Shown here one piece after another: positions 1 through 8,632 of a DNA stretch of 64,000 nucleotides (the stretch's first letter is position 1; every line of letters starts with the position of its first letter). The position numbers and the translations under genes are program-made. This DNA is from Clostridia bacterium (GTDB lineage: Bacteria; CBDUZB01; JAGLHV01). Below the pieces are notes generated by a model that saw only the letters and a program-made list of their open reading frames with translations, did no database searches and had not been told where the DNA came from. Location of the stretch: NCBI GenBank assembly GCA_030637025.1, contig DAOVVV010000006.1, positions 1 to 64,000 of the forward strand, read 5' to 3'.

Positions 1-274
1 AGGAAATGCTTATGAACCTCAGGTTGCGATAGATCAAGACGGTAATGCAGTTGCTGTGTGGGTACAGTCGGATGGTACAATGCACAACATTTGGGCAAAT
101 AGATATGTATCCGGAGTTGGTTGGCAGACGGCAGAACTGATTGAGACGGATAATGCAGGAAGTGCTTATTATTCTCAAATTGCGATAGGGCAAGATGGTA
201 ATGCAGTTGCTGTGTGGAGACAGTCGGATGGCATAAGAGATAATATTTGGGCAAATAGATATGACGATCAATAA
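1..274 (+). CDS. 3' end of a tandem-repeat (probably beta-propeller, secreted) protein; partial at window edge
   Basis: Frame is open from the window start (GNAYEPQVAIDQDGNAVAVW...). 156-bp (52-aa) repeat period, copies starting at 1 and 157, motif AVAVWxQSDG...NIWANRY. Confidence 0.75.
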   Translation, partial: GNAYEPQVAIDQDGNAVAVWVQSDGTMHNIWANRYVSGVGWQTAELIETDNAGSAYYSQIAIGQDGNAVAVWRQSDGIRDNIWANRYDDQ

Positions 275-392
275 AAAAACATTGCATCAATAAAGAAGAC
301 GATGAGGGAGATTTCTTAAAGTTTTAAACTATAGCAAGATAAAGAGAACAATCCTGTTATTTAATTAAAAAAAAAGAATAACAAATATATTT

Positions 393-424
393 TTGTTATC
401 AACATTGACCAGCCCGGGGAGTTT
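393..424 (+). repeat. Intergenic direct repeat core, copy 1 (TTGTTATCAACATTGACCAGCCCGGGGAGTTT)
   Basis: Same 32-bp core at 3231, 4692, 23769 and 27980, all in the same orientation; embedded in longer shared flanks (about 316-630). Confidence 0.9.
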
Positions 425-658
425 TTCTTTTTCATGAAGGGATTTTCTCCCCTCATGAAAAAGAAGACTTCTTGGTCTTAGGCGAGAGACAATGTGAGTT
501 TATCCCCTTTCTTTCTTTTTCCCACAATTAACAATTTTTAAAATACCATCAAATATATTCCTTTCTGAAAAAATCTATTACATATTTTTTGATATGATAA
601 AGTTTTTAAGAAATATTAACAATTTAATTTTTTTCTGTCTTTTTGGAGAAGAAAAATA

Positions 659-715
659 TTGACATAACCGTATAAATTGTATATACTTATTAACAAGTAG
701 TGAGAAAATATACGG
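659..715 (+). promoter_or_regulatory. Sigma70 promoter with inverted-repeat operator upstream of abiEi-like gene
   Basis: TTGACA(659)-17 bp-TATACT(682); inverted repeat CCGTATA(668)...TATACGG(709). Confidence 0.7.
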
Positions 716-722
716 AGGTCGA

Positions 723-1325
723 ATGAAAACAAGAACTCAAGAACTCATAAATTTTTTCCAAAGCCATGGTGGGGTGGCTCGGTTTTCTGCTATTCTAAAG
801 GCTGGATTTCATCCTGATTCACTTACCGCTCTTGAAAAGGAAGGGAAGGTTGAAAAAATTGCCCGGGGTCTGTACCGGCTAACGAATTATATTCTTGATT
901 TCCATCCCGACCTTGTTACCGTATCCCTTCAAGTTTCAAGGGGTGTTATTTGTCTCCTATCAGCCCTTTCATTTCATGAAGCAACAAACGAGATACCTGG
1001 TTGTGTGGATATAGCTATTCCACAGGGGACCCATGCCAATAGAATTAAATATCCCCCGGTGAGATTTTACCGTTTTGATCCTAAAGCGTGGGAAGCTGGA
1101 ATCGAAGAGAATGAAATAGAAGGGCACAAAATCAGAGTTTACAGCCTAGCGAAGACAATCGCTGATTGCTTTAAATTCCGCAATAAGATTGGTACAAATG
1201 TTGCCAGGGAAGCGCTCAAGATTACTATAACGGAAAAAGGTGTAATGCCAAAAGAGATTATGCAGTACGCCAAGATTTGTCGAGTTGATCGTATTATTAA
1301 ACCAATACTGGAAGCGATGCTATGA
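723..1325 (+). CDS. Type IV toxin-antitoxin AbiEi-family antitoxin / transcriptional regulator
   Basis: N-terminal wHTH (G.VEKIARGLYRL), GVICLLSALSFH, YSLAKTIADCFKFRNKIG typical of AbiEi family. Confidence 0.85.
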   Translation: MKTRTQELINFFQSHGGVARFSAILKAGFHPDSLTALEKEGKVEKIARGLYRLTNYILDFHPDLVTVSLQVSRGVICLLSALSFHEATNEIPGCVDIAIPQGTHANRIKYPPVRFYRFDPKAWEAGIEENEIEGHKIRVYSLAKTIADCFKFRNKIGTNVAREALKITITEKGVMPKEIMQYAKICRVDRIIKPILEAML

Positions 1326-1357
1326 AAAGGGATATAAAAATGGGAGGTAAAAAATGA
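1322..1357 (+). pseudogene. Probable stub of the cognate AbiEii toxin (MKRDIK... then stop)
   Basis: ATGA overlap with the antitoxin stop; MKRDIK resembles AbiEii N-termini; frame closes after 11 codons. Confidence 0.45.
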
Positions 1358-1722
1358 ATAAATATGAAAAAATAGAAAGACAAACGAATTTTTTTCTAAA
1401 TACTGTAATGGGATTTATTTCTTTTAATTTTGGTTTGGCTTGTTTAGGAACGGAACACCCATCACGATATGCATGGGTATCAATTGTTTTTACTACTGGA
1501 ATAGCAATTGTGTATAGTAAAAAAAATTCCTCCGCACAAGAAATGAAAAGATTAAGACAAAAAGAAAATAAAACCAGAAGGGAGAAAGAATTTATTCAAT
1601 ATATAGATATTCACATGGACAAACTAAACTACAGGTTTATAAAATATGTGGTTAAAAAAATGCCAATTTATTTATTAGGAACAGTATTTTTAACCTGTGT
1701 AGCATTAGGGATTTTAAAATAA
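1354..1722 (+). CDS. Hypothetical membrane protein (about 3 TM helices)
   Basis: RBS GGAGG; hydrophobic segments. Confidence 0.65.
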   Translation: MNKYEKIERQTNFFLNTVMGFISFNFGLACLGTEHPSRYAWVSIVFTTGIAIVYSKKNSSAQEMKRLRQKENKTRREKEFIQYIDIHMDKLNYRFIKYVVKKMPIYLLGTVFLTCVALGILK

Positions 1723-1852
1723 AGAATAACCAGACAATATGGTTTACTTGATGGATATAAAAATTAGGTTTAACTAATAATAAATAGATTAAAGAAGATA
1801 GGGATTAATTAGAGAAATAAGAAGCAGTATTGTGGGAGCAATTATATTTTGC

Positions 1853-1900
1853 TTGACATGTTACAGGATTTATTGTATAATTCCATACAAATAATTGTAT
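1853..1900 (+). promoter_or_regulatory. Sigma70 promoter with palindromic operator
   Basis: TTGACA(1853)-17 bp-TATAAT(1876); ATACAAATAATTGTAT palindrome just downstream. Confidence 0.7.
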
Positions 1901-1920
1901 AGATAGGTGCAAAGGATTGT

Positions 1921-2514
1921 ATGAACTATAGAATTGATAAAAGGGGTTTATTAGACAATTTTATTATATGGAATGGTTTTCTGAAAAAGAAGATACATCT
2001 TATTGCTTGTGGCGGCACAGCTATGACGCTGTTGGGGGTTAAAGAATCTACGAAAGATATAGATTTAGTTGTCCCGAATGAGATGGAATATAAATATTTA
2101 ATAACGATACTAAAACAATTAGGATATAAATCAATCACCGGTTCTGGGTGGGTAAGAGATAATACATTTATCTTTGACTTATTTAAAGGGGTGAGAGTCC
2201 ATACTACAGAATTATTGGAATCACCGCTTAAAAAAGGAAATAATATTTTTATTAAAGAATTTGATCGTATTTACTTAGGGGTTTTAAATTATTACGATCT
2301 TATAATAAGTAAGTTATTCAGAGGTACTACGATAGATATGGAGGATTGTTTAACCTTGATAACAAATAGAAAAGCAGAAATAGATATAAACAATTTAATA
2401 ATGCGTTATCGTGAAACATCTTCCTTTGATATTTGTGAAGATAAGGTAAATAAAAATTTGGAGGATTTCCTTAAATTGTTAAAAGGAAAGGACTTATATA
2501 ATGAAAAACGATAA
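1921..2514 (+). CDS. DUF6036/AbiEii-like nucleotidyltransferase
   Basis: GGTAM...TKDIDL nucleotidyltransferase motif; ISKLFRG...D.ED. Confidence 0.75.
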   Translation: MNYRIDKRGLLDNFIIWNGFLKKKIHLIACGGTAMTLLGVKESTKDIDLVVPNEMEYKYLITILKQLGYKSITGSGWVRDNTFIFDLFKGVRVHTTELLESPLKKGNNIFIKEFDRIYLGVLNYYDLIISKLFRGTTIDMEDCLTLITNRKAEIDINNLIMRYRETSSFDICEDKVNKNLEDFLKLLKGKDLYNEKR

Positions 2515-3175
2515 TTTTTTTAAAGAAAGATTGGCAGATCTTGGATTTCCATTATTGGAGAAGGATGAATGGCAAAATGTAAACCTTACTTTGGCTGATG
2601 TGGTTAAAAGCAAAAACCTTCGTTTATGGGAAGGGTTTCCAATCTTATTAGCTAACAGTGTTGAAAAAGGAGTATTTGATTACAATAAAGTAAACAGTTA
2701 TTTAAATAAAGCTTCTGATAAACATTATTTGACTTTACTGATTGCAATGTCTCTTGCTCTTTATAAAGTTTTGAGTTTAAAATTTGTATGGGCTAGTAAG
2801 CTCTACAAGGCTCTATCAGATGACTATAAAAAAGAAGTTAGTTTTTTATATGAAAGACTTCTGAAGGAAGAAAATATTAAGATTGACAATTATATTGTTT
2901 CCAGCCAGAGAATAAAACATACTTTTAATAACTATTTTAAGACTAAACAAGTAGAATTTAAGGACTTACTTTCATTAAAGGACGAATATAGTTTAGAATA
3001 TTCTCTATCACAACTTTTTTCTCCTAAACAGAAAGAACTATTTTTGAAAAAACTCAGAAAAGAAAAGTTATCAAAAACAGAAAGGGAGTATTTTTCTCGC
3101 GTTGTAAAGAAGAAATTATTGGCATTAGCTAATTCAGAACTCCATCGGTTAGCTCAGAAATTGTTATTAGAGTAA
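2501..3175 (+). CDS. Hypothetical protein, probable partner of the nucleotidyltransferase (C-terminal HTH-like LSKTEREYFSRVVKKKL)
   Basis: Overlaps upstream gene by 14 bp; basic C-terminal helical domain. Confidence 0.6.
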   Translation: MKNDNFFKERLADLGFPLLEKDEWQNVNLTLADVVKSKNLRLWEGFPILLANSVEKGVFDYNKVNSYLNKASDKHYLTLLIAMSLALYKVLSLKFVWASKLYKALSDDYKKEVSFLYERLLKEENIKIDNYIVSSQRIKHTFNNYFKTKQVEFKDLLSLKDEYSLEYSLSQLFSPKQKELFLKKLRKEKLSKTEREYFSRVVKKKLLALANSELHRLAQKLLLE

Positions 3176-3230
3176 GGAGGGGGACTTTGTTGACATAAAG
3201 AGAAGATAAAATGGGGGTGATTCTATTTTC

Positions 3231-3416
3231 TTGTTATCAACATTGACCAGCCCGGGGAGTTTTTCTTTTTCTTGTGGGGATAAAATCCCCTCAAGAAAAA
3301 GAAGACTTTTTGGTCTCAGGCGAGAGACAATGTGAGCTTGTCCTGAGAAGAGAAACGACGAAGGGAGTCCTACCCGGGGAGTTTTTCTTTTTCTTGAGGG
3401 AATAAATTTCCCTCAA
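3231..3416 (+). repeat. Intergenic direct repeat core copy 2 with two hairpin modules and a REP-like insert
   Basis: Core at 3231-3262, second partial core (TACCCGGGGAGTTT) at 3371; hairpin CTTGTGGGGA-TAAAA-TCCCCTCAAG; REP-like CTTGTCCTGAG...CGAAGG. Confidence 0.85.
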
Positions 3417-3463
3417 AATTTCTCACACCCTTCCAGAAATAAGAAAAGATGCGGTTATTTTTC

Positions 3464-3516
3464 TTGACACCACAAAGCTAATCTTATATAATCTTATATA
3501 GTTAAAATATAAGATT
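3464..3516 (+). promoter_or_regulatory. Sigma70 promoter with direct and inverted operator repeats upstream of fic
   Basis: TTGACA(3464)-17 bp-TATAAT(3487); AATCTTATAT twice (3480, 3490) and inverted ATATAAGATT (3507). Confidence 0.75.
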
Positions 3517-3544
3517 GTTTTTTGTGAGAAATATGAATAATTTT

Positions 3545-4585
3545 ATGAAAATACTACAAAATATCCCTGTAGAAATATGGACAAAGATTGCTCGAATTGA
3601 CGAGTTGAAGGGACAATGGATTGCCGGAGCTAAATTAAGCCCCCAGGTATTAGGTCGTCTTAAACGGTCTGTTCTGGTAACTTCAACAGGTTCTTCCACT
3701 CGCATAGAAGGGGCTCGAATGTCTGATGAAGATGTTGAGAAGCTTATGCGAGGTATTTCTATCCGGAAATTCAAGGATAGAGATAAACAGGAAGTAAAAG
3801 GATATTATGAATTACTGCAGAATGTTTTTGCCTCTTGGAAGACCATAAAATTATCTGAAAGTACCATTAAACATTTTCATAAAGAACTTTTAAAATATGT
3901 AGAAAAAGACAAATTGCACCGTGGCGATTATAAGAAACGGGAAAACAAAGTAATGATGGTTGATGAAGACGGAAAGTCAGTAGGGACTTTATTTGATACG
4001 GTTCCTGCTTACCTAACTCCTAAAGAAATGCAGGAATTAGTAGAATTTACACAGCGTGCATTGGAAGAAGCAAAATATCATCCTCTGCTTATTATAGGAA
4101 ATTTCCTTGTTGAATTTCTCAATATACATCCTTTCGACGATGGGAACGGTCGTCTGTCGCGAATACTCACCAATCTGCTTTTGCTTAAGGCCGGTTATTT
4201 ATATATGCCTTATGTATCGCATGAAAAATTGATAGAAGATAATAAACCGGATTATTATATGGCTTTGCGAAAGAGCCAGCAAACCCTAAAGACTAAAAAG
4301 TCCAGGATAGTTCCCTGGCTTGACTTCTTTTTTTCGGTTATATTTAAACAATCTAAGATGGCCGTGGAATTGCTTTCTAAAGAAAATGTCGAAAAACTAT
4401 TATCTGTTAAACAATTAGCGATATGGAACTATTTACAATCTGTAGAGGAGGCTTCACCGGGGGAGATAGGGAAAAAGACAAAAATCGCTCGTCCTACAGT
4501 AAATCAGGCATTAAATATGCTTTTACGCCTTAAAAGGATCGAACGAATTGGTTTGGGCAGAAGTACCCGATATAGAAAAATTTAA
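3545..4585 (+). CDS. Fic family protein with N-terminal inhibitory motif and C-terminal HTH
   Basis: HPFDDGNGRLSR Fic motif; STRIEG (S/T)xxxE(G/N) inhibitory helix; C-terminal wHTH. Confidence 0.92.
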   Translation: MKILQNIPVEIWTKIARIDELKGQWIAGAKLSPQVLGRLKRSVLVTSTGSSTRIEGARMSDEDVEKLMRGISIRKFKDRDKQEVKGYYELLQNVFASWKTIKLSESTIKHFHKELLKYVEKDKLHRGDYKKRENKVMMVDEDGKSVGTLFDTVPAYLTPKEMQELVEFTQRALEEAKYHPLLIIGNFLVEFLNIHPFDDGNGRLSRILTNLLLLKAGYLYMPYVSHEKLIEDNKPDYYMALRKSQQTLKTKKSRIVPWLDFFFSVIFKQSKMAVELLSKENVEKLLSVKQLAIWNYLQSVEEASPGEIGKKTKIARPTVNQALNMLLRLKRIERIGLGRSTRYRKI

Positions 4586-4691
4586 TTAAAAATAGGAAAC
4601 ATGGGGAGTGTAGCTTAAAGTTTTAAGGTTTAGCAAGATAAGGAGGGGAGTTCTATTTTTTAATTAAGACAAAAGAATAACAAAAAGATTT

Positions 4692-4910
4692 TTGTTATCA
4701 ACATTGACCTACCCGGGGAGTTTTTTTCAGTCCCATTCGAGAAACAAGCCTGCACTGGCCACTTCGTCTTTGCTCAGAGTAAACTCTGTCGAAGGGTGAG
4801 TTTATCTCCTTTCTTTTTTCCACAGTTAAAAATTTTTAAAATACCACCACATATATTCCTTTCCGAAAAAAGAGATTACATATTTTTTTATATTGTAAAG
4901 TTTTTACGAA
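4692..4910 (+). repeat. Intergenic direct repeat core copy 3 with REP-like insert and shared right flank
   Basis: Core at 4692-4723; right flank (AAAATACCA..ATATATTCCTTTC.GAAAAA...) also at about 535-620 and 9147-9250. Confidence 0.85.
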
Positions 4911-5197
4911 TTAAGAAGAATCCCGATAAATATGCTAAATAAAAATTTAAATAACTCGAAAGAAAAGTAGAAGATTTAAAAAGTCGGCGTTTTTCACCCC
5001 GTAGTGGTACAGATAGTTTTACGGCCCATAGCATGTCCCCGGAAGGACTTAAATACCGTAAAATTATTGGACCCTTACGTAGTTAGTTTAATTACAATAC
5101 CGGGAGGTATCGGGCTTTATCTGTTTTCTGCATCTTAAAAATTTTAGGGATGAGGTATAACAAAAATGGCGGTAGAAAAAACAGGAAAATGTTTCTA
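4911..5197 (+). pseudogene. Degenerate duplicate of the YHS-gene end / desulforedoxin-gene start at 13453-13600
   Basis: TTAAGAAGAATCCCGATAAATATGCTAAATAA (KKNPDKYAK*) vs KKNPEKYAE*; shared intergenic motif at about 4993; ATGGCGGTAGAAAAAACAGGA (MAVEKTG) then stop. Confidence 0.7.
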
Positions 5198-5289
5198 AAA
5201 TTACTATCAGTTGATTTCTTTTTAAAAATAGGTTATCTGACCGATTGCTATCTGATAGAGTATTATTCTAAAATGAACAAAAGAGGGAG

Positions 5290-6555
5290 ATGACTATGAG
5301 CAAAACAAACCCCAAAGAAAATCGAAGAATTTATTTAGATCATATCGCCGGTACGCCTGTACATCATGATGTAATAGAAGTGATTATCCCTTATTTGAAA
5401 GGGAATTTTGGCAATCCGCAAAGTTTGCACGAGTTTGGCCAGGAAGTTAAAAATGCAATCGACGAAGCACGCCAAAGAGTTGCAAACCTTATTAATGCCA
5501 AACCCGAAGAGATATACTTTACTTCAAGTGGGACAGAATCAAATAACTTTGCTTTAAAAGGTCTGGCCCTGGCTAATCAAAAGAAAGGAAACCATATAAT
5601 AATTTCTTCTATAGAACATCAGTCTATTTTATACTCAGCAAAAAGTTTAGAAAAATTGGGATTCAAAATAACTCAAGTACCGGTAGACAAATACGGAGTA
5701 GTTAATCCTGATGATGTATCAAAAGCAATTACAAAAGAAACTATATTAGTTTCTATTATGCATGCTAATAGCGAAGTCGGAACAATAGAGCCTATTAACG
5801 AAATATCAAGGGCCATTAAAGAAAAAGATGTGCTATTTCACATCGATGCCGTAACTGCTGCAGGGAGTATACCTGTTGATGTAGTAAAATCAGGAATTGA
5901 TTGCTTGAGTCTTGCAGGGAACCAATTTTATGGGCCCAAAGGTATTGGGGCATTGTTTTTAAGAAAAGGAGTACGAATAATTCCTTTCATTGACGGAGGG
6001 ATACAGGAAGAAGGTCGTCGAGCGGGAACAGAAAATGTTCCCGGTATTGTTGGTTTAGGTAAGGCTGCAGAATTAGCTAAAAAAGAGATGTCTGAAAGAA
6101 ATAAATATTTATCAGGTTTGAGAGATAAACTTATAAACGAATTACCTCAAAAGATTAAACACATATATCTTACCGGGCCACCTGACAACAGGTTACCACA
6201 TCACGCAAGTTTTTGTATAGAGTTTATTGAAGGTGAATCTATGCTGTTAAGTTTGAGTATGGAAGGGATAGCTGTTTCAAGTGGCTCGGCGTGTACTTCC
6301 CGTGCTTTGAAAGCGTCACATGTCCTCACAGCTATGGGAGTAGAGGCTGCTTTAGCTCAGGGGTCAATTGTATTTAGCTTAGGGATGTCTAATACAAAAG
6401 AAGATATAGAACAACTTTTGAAAGTTTTTCCGCCAATAGTAGAAAGGTTGCGCAAAATGTCACCGATATACAATCATTTCTTAAAAACAGGCAAAAGACA
6501 ACTTGCAGGACCAGGTACAGATTATGAACATATGCATGAAGAAGAGGAGGAATAA
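5290..6555 (+). CDS. iscS: IscS/NifS-family cysteine desulfurase homolog lacking the PLP lysine
   Basis: IYLD, FTSSGTESNN, IEH, GGIQE.GRRAGTEN, SSGSACTS (catalytic Cys); but AGNQFYGPKG where SGHKxxGPKG is expected. Confidence 0.9.
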   Translation: MTMSKTNPKENRRIYLDHIAGTPVHHDVIEVIIPYLKGNFGNPQSLHEFGQEVKNAIDEARQRVANLINAKPEEIYFTSSGTESNNFALKGLALANQKKGNHIIISSIEHQSILYSAKSLEKLGFKITQVPVDKYGVVNPDDVSKAITKETILVSIMHANSEVGTIEPINEISRAIKEKDVLFHIDAVTAAGSIPVDVVKSGIDCLSLAGNQFYGPKGIGALFLRKGVRIIPFIDGGIQEEGRRAGTENVPGIVGLGKAAELAKKEMSERNKYLSGLRDKLINELPQKIKHIYLTGPPDNRLPHHASFCIEFIEGESMLLSLSMEGIAVSSGSACTSRALKASHVLTAMGVEAALAQGSIVFSLGMSNTKEDIEQLLKVFPPIVERLRKMSPIYNHFLKTGKRQLAGPGTDYEHMHEEEEE

Positions 6556-6558
6556 GAG

Positions 6559-7062
6559 ATGGCACTATATTCTGAAAAAGTAATGGAACACTTCCGTAAT
6601 CCCCGCAATATAGGGGTAATTGAAAATGCTGATGGAATCGGAGAAGTCGGAAATCCTGTCTGTGGTGATTTGATGACTTTTTATATAAAAGTTAAAGAGA
6701 ACCGGTTGGAGGATGTAAAATTTCAGACTTTCGGTTGTGGTGCAGCGATAGCTGTTTCCAGCATAGTTAGTGAAATGGCTAAAGGTAAAACTTTAGAAGA
6801 AGCAATGAGAATTACCAATAAGGATGTTGCTGAAGAGCTCCACGGATTGCCAAAAAATAAATTACATTGTTCAAACTTAGGCGCAGATGCTTTACATAAA
6901 GCAATAGAAAACTATAAGGAAAAGAAAAAAGTCGAAAACAAACCTTCAAATATTAAAAATAGTACGGATGAAAAAGGGGTTTGCCGTTGTCCCTATTGTG
7001 ACATGCCGCTCAAAAGTGATTGTGAATTACACATAGAAAAATGTAAAGGGGTTCATCAATAA
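6559..7062 (+). CDS. iscU: IscU/NifU N-terminal-type Fe-S scaffold with C-terminal Cys-rich extension
   Basis: YSEKVMEHF.NPRN, NPVCGD, FGCG, LPKNKLHCS; tail CRCPYCD...C...C. Confidence 0.92.
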   Translation: MALYSEKVMEHFRNPRNIGVIENADGIGEVGNPVCGDLMTFYIKVKENRLEDVKFQTFGCGAAIAVSSIVSEMAKGKTLEEAMRITNKDVAEELHGLPKNKLHCSNLGADALHKAIENYKEKKKVENKPSNIKNSTDEKGVCRCPYCDMPLKSDCELHIEKCKGVHQ

Positions 7063-7538
7063 TGAAAGAAAAAACAACACTTATTGTTTACAGTAATGAT
7101 TTAGAGAAAATATTCGCTGCATTTAATATTGCTACAGATGCAGCTTCTATGGGCATGGAAGTGACAATGTTTTTTACTTTTTGGGGATTGAATGTTGTCA
7201 GAAAAGAGAAACCTGTAAAGAAACCTGTAAACTGGATGAAGAAAATGTTAGGTTTACTAAATCGCGGCGGAGCAGATAGATTGAAACTTTCTAAATTTCA
7301 CATGTTGGGTATGGGGACCGGTATGATGAAGAAACTTATGAAAAAATCCAATATTCCATCAATTAAAGAATTGATTACTTTGGCTAAAGAACTTGGGGTA
7401 AAATTTGTTGCTTGTAGTACAAGTATGGAAATAATGGGTGTCAGTAAACAGGATTTAATTCCTGAAGTTGATAGTATAGCCGGTGTTGCTACTTATTTAG
7501 CTACTGCAAAAGAAAGTAAGATAAATTTGTTTATATAG
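7062..7538 (+). CDS. DsrE/DsrF/DrsH-like (DsrE2) sulfur-carrier family protein
   Basis: MFFTFWGL, VKFVACSTSMEIMG, GVATYL...LFI. Confidence 0.88.
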   Translation: MKEKTTLIVYSNDLEKIFAAFNIATDAASMGMEVTMFFTFWGLNVVRKEKPVKKPVNWMKKMLGLLNRGGADRLKLSKFHMLGMGTGMMKKLMKKSNIPSIKELITLAKELGVKFVACSTSMEIMGVSKQDLIPEVDSIAGVATYLATAKESKINLFI

Positions 7539-7547
7539 AGGTAAACA

Positions 7548-7781
7548 ATGGAAAAAGATTTTACTTTAGATTGTTTCGGATTGCTTTGTCCGATGCCAAT
7601 TATCAAGGTAGCGCAAAAAGTCAAAGAATTAAAAATTGGGCAGGTTTTAGAAATGATATCTACTGATGAAGGGATAAAACAAGATATGCCTGCCTGGTGT
7701 AAGACCACCGGCAATGAATTTCTGGGCATAGAAGAAGATGATGGTCAGTACAGAGTATATGTAAAAAAATTAAAAGCGTAA
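7548..7781 (+). CDS. tusA: TusA/SirA family sulfur carrier
   Basis: LDC.GLLCPMP, D.PAWC..TG. Confidence 0.88.
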   Translation: MEKDFTLDCFGLLCPMPIIKVAQKVKELKIGQVLEMISTDEGIKQDMPAWCKTTGNEFLGIEEDDGQYRVYVKKLKA

Positions 7782-7874
7782 TGAAAGGGATTTAAATTCG
7801 ATATTTTCACCAAAATCTGTGGGTAAGCTTTAATCTTGCAAAAATTATTCCGAAGAAGAAGAAGGTGATAAAAA

Positions 7875-8027
7875 ATGGATAAAAAAACAGTAAAAAAGAA
7901 ACTTAGCAAGAAACAAAAATTAGTCTGCGAAAAATGCGGACTAACGGTGAGTGTAGATGAAACATGTAGCTGTGTAGGCTATTGTGATATTATTTGCTGT
8001 GGGGAACAAATGAAAACTAAGAAGTAA
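7875..8027 (+). CDS. Small Cys-rich desulforedoxin-like protein (50 aa, not in ORF track)
   Basis: RBS AGGTGA; MDKKTVKKKLSKKQKLVCEKCGLTVSVDETCSCVGYCDIICCGEQMKTKK. Confidence 0.75.
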   Translation: MDKKTVKKKLSKKQKLVCEKCGLTVSVDETCSCVGYCDIICCGEQMKTKK

Positions 8028-8093
8028 TATCAAAAAAAGGACAGTTATGATTGCAGGCAGTATAATATAATCTTGAATTAAAGGAGGGTCAAA

Positions 8094-8516
8094 ATGAAAA
8101 TTACAAGTGAAAAACTTATTGAGTTACTCAACATAGACCTTTCTCTGGAATATTCCGCAGCTATCCAATATATTCAACATGCTGCAGTGATAACCGGAGC
8201 ACAGTTTGGAGACATTATAAAGGAACTAAAGGTACATGTAAATGAGGAAATTCAGCATGCCATCACTTTGGCTGACCAGATTGATTATTTAGGTGGAACC
8301 CCGACAGAAAGTGTGGGAAAAATTAAAATCTCTCATGATAATATTACCATGCTTGAACAAGACCTTGCCGGTGAAGAAGATGCAATTTCCAGATATAAAA
8401 TTCGTATTGAACAAGCGGAGGAATTAAAAGAACTGGCACTTGCCCAGCAGTTGAGAAATATCCTTGCTGTGGAACAGGAACATGCTATGGATCTTAATCA
8501 AGCGCTCGGTAAATAA
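8094..8516 (+). CDS. Ferritin-like (bacterioferritin-related) diiron protein
   Basis: LEYSAAIQY, EEIQHA, EEDAI..Y, EQEHA ferroxidase motifs. Confidence 0.85.
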   Translation: MKITSEKLIELLNIDLSLEYSAAIQYIQHAAVITGAQFGDIIKELKVHVNEEIQHAITLADQIDYLGGTPTESVGKIKISHDNITMLEQDLAGEEDAISRYKIRIEQAEELKELALAQQLRNILAVEQEHAMDLNQALGK

Positions 8517-8632
8517 CGAATAAATAATTCGACTTTCGGTTGTATTATTTGTGTAGAGTACAATCATCTGAAAAAACAAATGTAAATTCAAATGATGGAA
8601 AAGAAATTTTTAAGGAAAAAAGGAGGTGTACT

